In this document: piece by piece, positions 48,566-57,184 of the stretch | How positions within the stretch are numbered: the stretch's first letter is position 1 | How the letters are laid out: every line of letters begins with the position of its first letter | IMG/VR virus record: IMGVR_UViG_3300037418_002133 | Span: 52,087 to 116,086 of that record | Length of the DNA stretch: 64,000 nt | Origin: a virus | Strand: one strand, 5' to 3' | Translations under genes and position numbers: made by a program | The notes under the pieces: model-generated | Database searches by the model: none | Told to the model about the DNA's origin: nothing | The model's input: only the letters and a program-made list of their open reading frames with translations

Positions 48566-49099
48566 TTAGGAGGAGGGCTCCTCGAATGTGAGTACCTTGA
48601 CAACGGGATGCTCGTGAACGTCAAAGAAAATAGTTAAGACCATCTTGGCGAGATTGTAGATCGACTCACCATTGTCGTCCCGATTGTTCAATGCGACCGT
48701 GTCGAGCGGAATGGTGTACATCTTGTAGATGTCGTGGGAAAGGTCGACAGAGAGGTCCGTCGTTCCAAAATTGATAACAAGGTCGATTTTGTCGTCCTTA
48801 TTGATTGGGCCATAGATATCGAAAACAAGACCGCTAGGGCGCACAAACATGAAGAATGCGTCGATCGGCGAGTTCTTGAAGAGAGCGTTCTTCGTCAGGG
48901 CCAACGTGCTGTCGAGGACTTGCAGGCGCTTCTTCAGCGTTGACGTGCTGGTCTTCCGATAGATTGTCCCGAGTCTGGTCTCCGGGTCGAATTGCGGCTT
49001 GTAGGTGGAGGTCGACTTGTAGTCGGGCGTAATCAGGCGTCCGCCGAGATCGGCCGGCTGAGAGGACTTGCGACCGAAGAGGCGAGAGAAGAAAGACAT
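48566..49099 (-). CDS. hypothetical protein
   Basis: Operator 49123-49137 upstream. Confidence 0.65.
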   Translation of the reverse strand: MSFFSRLFGRKSSQPADLGGRLITPDYKSTSTYKPQFDPETRLGTIYRKTSTSTLKKRLQVLDSTLALTKNALFKNSPIDAFFMFVRPSGLVFDIYGPINKDDKIDLVINFGTTDLSVDLSHDIYKMYTIPLDTVALNNRDDNGESIYNLAKMVLTIFFDVHEHPVVKVLTFEEPSS

Positions 49100-49185
49100 G
49101 GTAGATTCCTTTTGGTGGAGAAAAGTCAGAACTGACTGACAATGACAAGCGGACTAAAGCTGTTCAGTCCGCTTGTTCGCCAAGA

Positions 49186-49713
49186 TCAAGCTGCGAGCTT
49201 TGCGAGCTGGGCGTTCGTGTAGGTCTTGCGAATGATCGCCTTCGCCGGACCCTTCAGGTTCGCGATGATGGAGACAAGACCGCCGATATCTGGTGCCATT
49301 TTACGAACCTCGCCAATCGTGCAGTCACCGAACGCCTTGCCGTTGGGCATCGGACACTCCATGTAGCCGACGGTCATGAAGTGACGAGCGCCGATCTTCT
49401 GCATTTCAGCCACCTTGGCGGCGATCGCTTTCTTCCGAATAATGCGCTGACGGGGCGTCACCGACTTGCGAGGTTTGCGCGGTTGGAGCTTGCTGTCGAG
49501 AAGCGGAAACATCGCCTCCAGAAAATCTCGAAGAAGATTGGCGTTGCGCGGCGTCATCATCGCGCCGACCCAGACATCGCGGCGTTCTTCGCGAGTCATA
49601 GTTGGGTCTTCGGCATTGATTTCAACGAGCAGCGCCGTCGGTGTTGCTGGTTGCGGCTTCTTGACTCGCGAAAGAGCGCGGGAACTGATCGAGGTGGTAG
49701 AAAGCGCAGTCAT
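49186..49713 (-). CDS. basic hypothetical protein
   Basis: AAGGAG RBS; hairpin 49147-49175 downstream. Confidence 0.6.
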   Translation of the reverse strand: MTALSTTSISSRALSRVKKPQPATPTALLVEINAEDPTMTREERRDVWVGAMMTPRNANLLRDFLEAMFPLLDSKLQPRKPRKSVTPRQRIIRKKAIAAKVAEMQKIGARHFMTVGYMECPMPNGKAFGDCTIGEVRKMAPDIGGLVSIIANLKGPAKAIIRKTYTNAQLAKLAA

Positions 49714-49730
49714 GATGGTCTCCTTTGTGT

Positions 49731-50201
49731 TTAGACTGGTAATCCGTGTGAACGTGCGTATTGGCGACAGATTGTATGAGTTTTCCAAGTGACGGAAATT
49801 CCATGCGAACGTGCGTATGCAATGGCATACGCATTCTTCTCTGATTGAGCGGTGTTTTTTTGTTTAATTTTTTCAGGGTTATTTTTTGCCCACTCTTTCA
49901 CTTTCAGACGATCATATTCTGGATTTTTCAATCGAAATGATTTTCGACAACAAGTCTTTGAGCAATAGAGTTGCTTCGTTGTTTTCGATGTAAAACTTGC
50001 GCCGCAATGGATGTATGCACAACAACGATTTGAACGCGCAATTGCACGAATAACACTAACTAAATGAACGCGAGGCTTATTGTATTGGACGAAATAGCAC
50101 TTTCCGCAACAATAGCGTGTACCCATGCGCTTATGCGAAATATCCACGCCGCACGCCGGGTTCGCGCAAATTCGTGTCGAAATCTTCTTCGCTCGCGCCA
50201 T
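49731..50201 (-). CDS. Cys-rich, AT-rich hypothetical protein
   Basis: Two C..C/YC..C zinc-like units; lower GC. Confidence 0.55.
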   Translation of the reverse strand: MARAKKISTRICANPACGVDISHKRMGTRYCCGKCYFVQYNKPRVHLVSVIRAIARSNRCCAYIHCGASFTSKTTKQLYCSKTCCRKSFRLKNPEYDRLKVKEWAKNNPEKIKQKNTAQSEKNAYAIAYARSHGISVTWKTHTICRQYARSHGLPV

Positions 50202-50280
50202 TTGTCATCGTCTCGCAAAGTCAGAACTGACTTGATGTTGAGACTATAGCGAGAATCACACGGAAAACGATCGGCAGTCG

Positions 50281-50664
50281 CTAAATTTTCACAGAACCCG
50301 GCCGATGGCGAAATTCGCTCAATGGCAACATGCGACAACGCACCCGCGTCATCTTGCCAAGTTCGACTGGAACGGCCTTGGAAGACTGGAATTGCTGGAG
50401 CGAGGCTAAATATTTGTCGCCGGTTTCCCGCACGATGACGCCAATCATCTTGATGCCCTTGGCGTTGCAATCGATCAGATCACTCTCGGAGATCGCCCAG
50501 CCGGCGACGCCCGCGCGCACCGCAGCGCTCAGATCCTTTTGTGCGACGCGGTGCATCTGCCAGAGGTTCTTGTAGACGAAATAACACCGTCGGCCGTCCG
50601 GCGCAGTATAGGTGATGCCTATCTTGCGCCGGCCCCGCTTGTCGATCTTCTTGGCGATCGTCAT
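50281..50664 (-). CDS. hypothetical protein
   Basis: Operon position. Confidence 0.6.
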   Translation of the reverse strand: MTIAKKIDKRGRRKIGITYTAPDGRRCYFVYKNLWQMHRVAQKDLSAAVRAGVAGWAISESDLIDCNAKGIKMIGVIVRETGDKYLASLQQFQSSKAVPVELGKMTRVRCRMLPLSEFRHRPGSVKI

Positions 50665-50884
50665 TTAGTGGAAGGGGCGTTCCAGCCATGCGTAGAACGA
50701 CTCCATTTCAGCCTCCATATCAACGACCTTCTCTTTCATAATCTTGAGCAAGTTTTCCTTGGTATGGACGACCGAGCCTTCCTCGTCATCATCAACGACG
50801 ATCTTAAACCGATCTTTTTTCAGCCGATAAACGACAAAACGGCTGGTCTTACTGGCATTCTCGAAATCATACTTATCCGTCATA

Positions 50885-51310
50885 TCAGCTCCTTTGAAAA
50901 TTCCAGATACCCTGACGCCCAACGACAGGGATGGGACGCGCGAAGAACTCGGGCTCATAAAGACGCCAGGCGTACCGACCGGGCTTCCACCAGCCGTAGC
51001 ACTGTTCCTCTTCGTTGACGTCATCGAGGTCGTCTTTCGTGATCACGGCGTAACTGTGGACCAGCACCGTGCCCAACAGATAGCCATGGGGCAGATCGTC
51101 GAGCCCCGGCAATCCGGTGTGACCGTAGTAGTGCTGAAATCGCTCATCGGCGAACAATGCGCGCTGTTCGGACTTGATCGTCTTGGTCGACGCAATGCCA
51201 ATGCGCGTGCCAAGAATGGATGCCGGCGCAGCGTAGGATCTGGTTTCGTTCAGCTTGAAGCCGTGAACAATCAGGCTCGCGTAGGGATTCCAGATCGAAA
51301 CGCAGCGCAT
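50885..51310 (-). CDS. ASCH domain protein
   Basis: SIWNPYASLIVHGFKLNETRS...GRYAW...PIPVVGRQGIW. Confidence 0.85.
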   Translation of the reverse strand: MRCVSIWNPYASLIVHGFKLNETRSYAAPASILGTRIGIASTKTIKSEQRALFADERFQHYYGHTGLPGLDDLPHGYLLGTVLVHSYAVITKDDLDDVNEEEQCYGWWKPGRYAWRLYEPEFFARPIPVVGRQGIWNFQRS

Positions 51311-51374
51311 TGTCTTTCCCCGAAGTGATCGCGCGTAGACTTTACGCGAGCGACCAGATCGGGGAAAGGAGGAT

Positions 51375-52445
51375 TTACGCAGCTTCTTCGGCATCGTCGG
51401 TGACAGGCGGCGGATCGTAGGTCGCCGGCAACAATGCCGTCAGCTCGTGGAAGGCGTTGCGCTTTTCGATATCACGCGCGAGCGCCTCCTTCGAAACCTG
51501 CTTCTCGTTCCAGATCACGTAGCCAGGCTTGCCGGTCTTGAGGAGCTTCTCGGCGACGAGGAAATCCACCAGCGAACGTTCAGTGTCGAAACGACCGGTG
51601 CCATCTTTCATGAACATGAAGCGCCACGACGCCTTCAGGAATGGGCGGTTGACCTTGTTCTTGATGGTGCGACCGGTCACTTCCATGCCGATCACTTCCT
51701 TGTTTGCACCTTCACCCATCGCGATCTTGCTGGCTGCGAGCCGCAGACGCTGGCTGTAGTAGAACTCCTTGGCGTCGCCGCCTGGCGTATAGATCGGATC
51801 GCCATACATCACGCCGGGCTTGGTGCGGAGCTGATTGAGGATCATGACGCAGATGCCAAGATCCTCAGCCTTCTGCGCAACAATCGGCAATTGCTGCGAT
51901 GCAGCCGTCGCCAGTGCGAGATTGTCCTTCATGTTGCGCTCGGTCGGATCGCGCGGCTTGCCCTTGCTGTCGTAGAGCAGGGCGCGCGGCACCATCGCGG
52001 CGAGACTGTCGAACACCCAGGCGATCGGCGCATCGGCTGCGATCAGCTTGTTCTCGCGGATAAAGGTCGCAGCGCGCACCATCAGCGCGAAGCTCTCCTC
52101 CAGCGTCTCGGGCTTCTTATAGATGAAGCGACCCGGCGAAATGTCGAGGCCCAGCAACGGCGCCAGCTTAAGTGAAAACGACCGTTCGTGATCGAAGAAC
52201 GCGGCGATCCCGCCGGCCTTCTGCGCCGCAGCCATCACACGGGTCGAGATCGCGGTCTTGCCGGCACTCGGCGGGCCGGAAATCTCAACAACGCGGCCGA
52301 CAGGGAAACCGCCGTCCCATTGACCGCTCAAAGCGTGATTGAGCGGCGGGAATCCACTATCTAAAAAACGGCGGACCGTTGCTTCTTCGTCGTTAAGGCC
52401 AATAATTCCTTCCAGCCCTTTTGCTATTTCTTTCGATGACGCCAT
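51375..52445 (-). CDS. recA: RecA recombinase
   Basis: GRVVEISGPPSAGKT, VFDSLAAM, LNQLR, TPGGDAKEFY, KNKV. Confidence 0.93.
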   Translation of the reverse strand: MASSKEIAKGLEGIIGLNDEEATVRRFLDSGFPPLNHALSGQWDGGFPVGRVVEISGPPSAGKTAISTRVMAAAQKAGGIAAFFDHERSFSLKLAPLLGLDISPGRFIYKKPETLEESFALMVRAATFIRENKLIAADAPIAWVFDSLAAMVPRALLYDSKGKPRDPTERNMKDNLALATAASQQLPIVAQKAEDLGICVMILNQLRTKPGVMYGDPIYTPGGDAKEFYYSQRLRLAASKIAMGEGANKEVIGMEVTGRTIKNKVNRPFLKASWRFMFMKDGTGRFDTERSLVDFLVAEKLLKTGKPGYVIWNEKQVSKEALARDIEKRNAFHELTALLPATYDPPPVTDDAEEAA

Positions 52446-52978
52446 TAGAGCCAACTCCATGAGTGCTTGTGAACGATTCGGAATATCTGCATTTGTGATA
52501 CGTGAAAGATCGCCGCTACATTGCGTTGTTTCTCACCTGCGGCAACTCTTCGTCGAATTTCTAAAACCTGATCGCTTGTTAGTTTACTGGTTGGTTGTTT
52601 AGTTCCGCGAACGTCTGTTCCGTGAATCAATCTGTCAGCTTGATTTTGAACAGGAGTGTCCCATCGAAGATTGAACAACGTATTGTTGTCGCGACTCCCA
52701 TCATTATGACACGCCTGATGCTGTGAACTCGGCGGCTCTCCTTTGAACGCGAGCAGAACGAGACGATTGATCCTGAAATACGAATATCCACGATCAATAT
52801 TCTTTAGATTGACACGAAGATACCCATCTTTGTCAGGACGAGGTTTTATCAATTTTGGAACGGATAATAAAACGTGACCCGGCCCGTTTTTAAGCCACGT
52901 TCTAACACGGCCGAAATCTGATACTTCGTACCTATTTTCAAATCCAGGTACAGAGCGCCAGATTTCAGACGATGCCAT
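52445..52978 (-). CDS. NUMOD4-HNH homing endonuclease
   Basis: EIWRSVPGFENRYEVSDFGRVR; RLVLLAF; HNDGSRDNN..NLRWDT; low GC. Confidence 0.9.
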   Translation of the reverse strand: MASSEIWRSVPGFENRYEVSDFGRVRTWLKNGPGHVLLSVPKLIKPRPDKDGYLRVNLKNIDRGYSYFRINRLVLLAFKGEPPSSQHQACHNDGSRDNNTLFNLRWDTPVQNQADRLIHGTDVRGTKQPTSKLTSDQVLEIRRRVAAGEKQRNVAAIFHVSQMQIFRIVHKHSWSWL

Positions 52979-52987
52979 GATCGCTCC

Positions 52988-53437
52988 TTAACCGTCGATG
53001 AAGCCGGATCCATCCGGCTCTTTCTTGATTGATGTCGGCTTCTCGAAGATCGGAACTTCCTCGATAACGGGTTCGCCATTGTCGATCAGACGTCCGGTCG
53101 CCTTGAGCCGCGTCGGCCCCTTGTCGGTCGTCTTGATATCCGACGGGTGACTGACCGTCACAACAGGTTTCGACGGGACTGACGGAAGATCCATGTCGAG
53201 TGAGAACTCGGCGCGGGTGCTGGCTGTACTGGCGGAAACCACGATCAGATCGCGGATCATCGCGTCGAGGCGCAGCTTGACGTATGCCTCGATCTTCCGG
53301 ATGACCTCTTGGTCCAGGATAATCGAGAACTTATCGGCGTTGGACACCATCAGTCGCATCGACTTTGCGACCATATTGGCGCGATTCTCCAACAAGGCAC
53401 GCGCCTGGTCCTTGTTGAGTTGGATTCGTTTCTTCAT
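52988..53437 (-). CDS. hypothetical protein
   Basis: ATGA overlap with the exonuclease stop. Confidence 0.55.
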   Translation of the reverse strand: MKKRIQLNKDQARALLENRANMVAKSMRLMVSNADKFSIILDQEVIRKIEAYVKLRLDAMIRDLIVVSASTASTRAEFSLDMDLPSVPSKPVVTVSHPSDIKTTDKGPTRLKATGRLIDNGEPVIEEVPIFEKPTSIKKEPDGSGFIDG

Positions 53438-54441
53438 GCTGCCTTCTCCATCATATTTCCAGTGAACGGCTCTAGCCAGCCGTCCAGATCCTTGACGATC
53501 GAATTGAAAAGCATCCGCTTGCAGAAATCGGAGAACTTGTCCGGATCGATCGCGCCGTGGACGATCTTCGGATTGATCCACTCGGGGCGCTCGGGACTGC
53601 TCAGATCCATCAACTGCATATTGCGGCGGAAAATGTCGTGCTTTTCCTCGCTCGTGGCGAAATCACGCAGCTTCTTGGTGAGCGCACCCACGTTGATCGT
53701 CTTGTCGGCGACCTGGTTGAAAAAGCTACCGACAGAGCCGTAGGTCGTGATCAGATCGATGGCGCCGCGCGGGCCGATCCCGCCGACACCCGGAATGTTG
53801 TCGGAAATATCGCCCATCAGGGCCTTGATTTCGAGCCAGGCGCGTGGCGAGGGGACACCAATGAAATCCGTGACATCCTCGCTCTTGCAGACCGAAAATC
53901 GTCCCTTCTCGGGAACGTAGCCCAGCCGTGTGCTGATATTCTTCGAGGTCAGCCGCGCATCGCGCATCGGGTCGATCCAGACGACGTTCGGCCGCAGGAG
54001 CTGCACCCAATCCTTGTCGCCGGAAATCATCACCAGCTTCTTGTCCATTGGCGCATAACGCTCGATCAGAACGCCGGCGAGGTCATCGGCTTCGTAATTT
54101 AGAGCCGACATCTGGCGAACACCGAGATAGCTCACGGCCTCACGGATCAGCGGAATCTGCTGTTTCGCCTCGTTGCGCGCCTTTTCGGCGATCTTGTCGC
54201 TCTTGGTGACAGCGCCCTTGACGCGCTGTGCCTTGTATTCGGGGTAGTGCATCTTGCGCCAACTGGCGCCATCCCACAGCACGATCGGCGTCAGCATCGA
54301 GTAGATGTTGACCATTGGTCGCAGGCTGCGAAGAAATCCGTAAATCGCCTGGGTCGGCTGATCGCCAACGCTCAAGGCTTTGTTCGAGTTGGCCGCGTGT
54401 GCGATGTTGGACGCATCGATTAGAAGATAGCCACGGCTCAT
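53434..54441 (-). CDS. 5'-3' exonuclease / flap endonuclease (PolA N-terminal-like)
   Basis: LLIDASN, YPEYKAQR, EADD, SGDKD, GDISDNIPGVGGIG. Confidence 0.92.
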   Translation of the reverse strand: MSRGYLLIDASNIAHAANSNKALSVGDQPTQAIYGFLRSLRPMVNIYSMLTPIVLWDGASWRKMHYPEYKAQRVKGAVTKSDKIAEKARNEAKQQIPLIREAVSYLGVRQMSALNYEADDLAGVLIERYAPMDKKLVMISGDKDWVQLLRPNVVWIDPMRDARLTSKNISTRLGYVPEKGRFSVCKSEDVTDFIGVPSPRAWLEIKALMGDISDNIPGVGGIGPRGAIDLITTYGSVGSFFNQVADKTINVGALTKKLRDFATSEEKHDIFRRNMQLMDLSSPERPEWINPKIVHGAIDPDKFSDFCKRMLFNSIVKDLDGWLEPFTGNMMEKAA

Positions 54442-54464
54442 ATTCAAAATCCAAATACGTTGAG

Positions 54465-54498
54465 AAAAAACGCCCGGCAGGGGGAAACTGCCGGGCGC
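54465..54498 (-). terminator. rho-independent terminator after the SSB-like gene
   Basis: CGCCCGGCAG/CTGCCGGGCG stem with T-run on the minus strand. Confidence 0.75.
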
Positions 54499-54544
54499 TG
54501 GTCGAAGTCGAGCGGGACAGGAGGAACCCCGACTTCGAAACTTG

Positions 54545-55582
54545 TCAGTCGGCGCCGTCGAGTTCAGCGAGCATCCGCTCGACTTCGTCGTCGGTTTCAG
54601 TCGCGACCGGAGCAGTTGCAGGCGAGGCAACCGTCTCGACCTTTGCCGCCTTCTTACTGACGACGGAGGCCGCAGCAGCTTTGGTCTTCGCTTCCTTCGC
54701 CTTTTTGGCCTTGAGTGCCGCCATCCTCTCTTCCATTTCGCGGATCTCGCGATCTTCATCGCTCTCCACGACCTCGGGCTCAGGCTCGGGCTCGGGCAGC
54801 TTGACCTCGGCGCGCAGTTCGGCGATCTCCGGATCATCCTCGATGACCGCGTCGTCCACGACGCTCGACGTGAGCCGCGCCGTTGTGGTCTTCGGACCCG
54901 TCAGACGCGCCGAACTCGACACGTCGGTCCCGGAGAAGTCACCGATCGCGCGCAGCGCCTTCGGCTCGTCACCCCGGAACAGTTCACGCTCGATATGAGC
55001 GTCGAGATCGGGTAGGCGATCGTAGACGTCGGGCGGCACCGGCTTCGACTTCGGCATCGTCATCACGTTGTATTCCGTGTTGAGTCCGCGGCCAACGCGC
55101 TCGATGATAAAATCGACGCCATCGCTCGGGCTCATGATGTCGATGTCTTGGAGCTGGTACTCCTCGATCGTGCCGGCGATCTTGTTCCAGGTAGTGCCGC
55201 TGAGTTCGAGAATCTGCGGATCGGCGCTGGCATCGGGGCCGGAACGGATCAAAGCGGTGACGAGCACGCTGCTCTTTGCGCGCCACTTTTTGATGATCTC
55301 CAGCTCCTCGTCGGTCGCGCCCTTCTTGGCGATCTCGATTGCTGCACAGATCGCACACGGCTTGCCGTAGACCTCCTCGCTGCAACCGGTGACAGCGACC
55401 GGCGGGCCATCTTCTTCGGTCTTGATCCAATGAATGCCGATCTCACGCCAGAAGTCCTCGTTTCCCTTCTGGAGAAGCCGAACGACGGTCTTGCCTTCCT
55501 TCAGCTTGAGGGTGTTGCCGCTTCGCGCAAACTTGTTCTTGGACTTCTTGAGCTTGGCGAGCAGGGCTGGGTCAATTGCCAT
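54545..55582 (-). CDS. gp32-like single-stranded DNA-binding protein
   Basis: VRLL..HW..C..CAIC core, G.DF.I.R.G.GLNTEY, acidic tail; replication context. Confidence 0.65.
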   Translation of the reverse strand: MAIDPALLAKLKKSKNKFARSGNTLKLKEGKTVVRLLQKGNEDFWREIGIHWIKTEEDGPPVAVTGCSEEVYGKPCAICAAIEIAKKGATDEELEIIKKWRAKSSVLVTALIRSGPDASADPQILELSGTTWNKIAGTIEEYQLQDIDIMSPSDGVDFIIERVGRGLNTEYNVMTMPKSKPVPPDVYDRLPDLDAHIERELFRGDEPKALRAIGDFSGTDVSSSARLTGPKTTTARLTSSVVDDAVIEDDPEIAELRAEVKLPEPEPEPEVVESDEDREIREMEERMAALKAKKAKEAKTKAAAASVVSKKAAKVETVASPATAPVATETDDEVERMLAELDGAD

Positions 55583-55712
55583 TTTGGGTACTTTCAGTGC
55601 TTGGGTGACTGGATCAAACTGTCTCGCAAATTAGCGATTTAGCGAATTAGCGATAACAGTATAGCGAAAAATCTTCGGACTGCTTGTGGCAGTTAAATGG
55701 TTGATGTTCCTG

Positions 55713-56294
55713 CTAATTCGGCGAAACATACGCATAGACGCGAGAGGCGGGGTAAACCGCTTCTGCCACGCGATTGTTGTGATTGCCGGAAATCACGATC
55801 GGATCGCCGGTCTTGGTGAAACCCGATACGACGCCAACGTGACCGCCTCCGCGACGGTGCATCACCGCAATGGCGCCGACCCGCTTCGAGGTCCGCGGCA
55901 GCTTGGCGAACGAACGCGCCATATCCGATCCGGTGCCGTGATGACCGGTACGTTGCAGCACGAAATTGACGAACCTGGCGCACCACAGATGCGCTCGACC
56001 GAACCGCGGGCCGGATCCGATATACTGGCGTGCCTTCTCGACGATGCTGGGAGCGCCGTAGACGGGCGTAGTGATCGCGGGCCGCGATACAGCGACCGAG
56101 CGTTTTGAACGCTTGGTGGGTCGCTTGGCGCGTTCCTGGGGCTCGTCGCAGAAGAACAGAAAACATTCGGGTGCGGGTGCTGCGACCACGCGCTGATGAT
56201 GGGTGCGATGACGAGGGCGTGCGTCGGCCGAGTAGATCAGTGCGGACTGTGAAATCAGGGCGCAGAAAATCCCGACGGTCAGGCGTCGTTTCAT
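55713..56294 (-). CDS. secreted CHAP/NlpC-P60-like (TIGR02594-like) peptidoglycan hydrolase
   Basis: Signal peptide; LWCARFVN, GGHVG, ISGNH. Confidence 0.75.
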   Translation of the reverse strand: MKRRLTVGIFCALISQSALIYSADARPRHRTHHQRVVAAPAPECFLFFCDEPQERAKRPTKRSKRSVAVSRPAITTPVYGAPSIVEKARQYIGSGPRFGRAHLWCARFVNFVLQRTGHHGTGSDMARSFAKLPRTSKRVGAIAVMHRRGGGHVGVVSGFTKTGDPIVISGNHNNRVAEAVYPASRVYAYVSPN

Positions 56295-56315
56295 ATTTAC
56301 TCCAATCAGTGCGGT

Positions 56316-56573
56316 TTAGTTGTCGAACATTCGGCGAAGCTGGCGTTCGTGCCGGCGAATCATGAACGGGCGATTCTCGATCCAGCCCCAGATGCCGACG
56401 ACCAGGATCACCACCAGCAGGACGAAGAACGCCGCTAGAAACACGGCAACGACGAACGGCAAAGGCCACATCAACAGCAAAAGCCAGCCGAGCAGATTCG
56501 CCGAATTGAACGTGGTGCCGATAAACATGATATGCAGAAAGACCCCGATGCCGAGATAAAGGATGACGCGCAT
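56316..56573 (-). CDS. small membrane protein
   Basis: Highly hydrophobic, 2-3 TM segments. Confidence 0.6.
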   Translation of the reverse strand: MRVILYLGIGVFLHIMFIGTTFNSANLLGWLLLLMWPLPFVVAVFLAAFFVLLVVILVVGIWGWIENRPFMIRRHERQLRRMFDN

Positions 56574-57118
56574 TAGCTTGCCCTTACCGTTGCCTTGCGC
56601 ATTTCCTCTTGCTTCTTGAGGATGCGAGCCTTGCGCGCTTCGGCTTCTTCGGCCGCTGCGACGGAGGCGGTCATGCGCAGTTCGCCGGCGAGTTCGACGC
56701 GATCCTTGGCGCCGTGCTGAACCAGCATATCCTTGCGCTGCTGGAAGCTCTCGACGGCGCCCTTCGCGATCGCCTCGACTTGCTTCGCCTCGTTGATGGC
56801 GCGCTTGATGGCGATCACGGTCGGATGAACCGCAACTTCCTTTTCAAGCATCGCCTCGGTGATCTTGGTGCCCTTCTCGGTGTAATCCTCGCGCAGGTCG
56901 CGATAAACCTGCGACTCGCGAACCTCCAGAAGGAGCTTGAAATCGTTGACCTGGCGGGACGCTTTGGCTGCGACCTCGGCATAATGCAGATGCAGTCCAG
57001 GCTGCTCCTGCATCGCGCTGGAAAGATCCGTCAGCGAATAGCTGATGTCCTTCTTGATCTGATCCGCATCGAGCGGATTCTTGACGGTAATCTTTCGAGT
57101 TGATGCCTCTTCGGCCAT
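56573..57118 (-). CDS. coiled-coil protein, possible UvsY-like recombination mediator
   Basis: Helical; KITEAMLEKEV...ESFQQRKDML; replication cluster; operator 57133-57147 upstream. Confidence 0.5.
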   Translation of the reverse strand: MAEEASTRKITVKNPLDADQIKKDISYSLTDLSSAMQEQPGLHLHYAEVAAKASRQVNDFKLLLEVRESQVYRDLREDYTEKGTKITEAMLEKEVAVHPTVIAIKRAINEAKQVEAIAKGAVESFQQRKDMLVQHGAKDRVELAGELRMTASVAAAEEAEARKARILKKQEEMRKATVRAS

Positions 57119-57184
57119 GTCGCCCTCGTATGAGTCAGTTCTGACTTATATTATAGCGCAAATTTCTCGGAAGCGAACTGGCAG

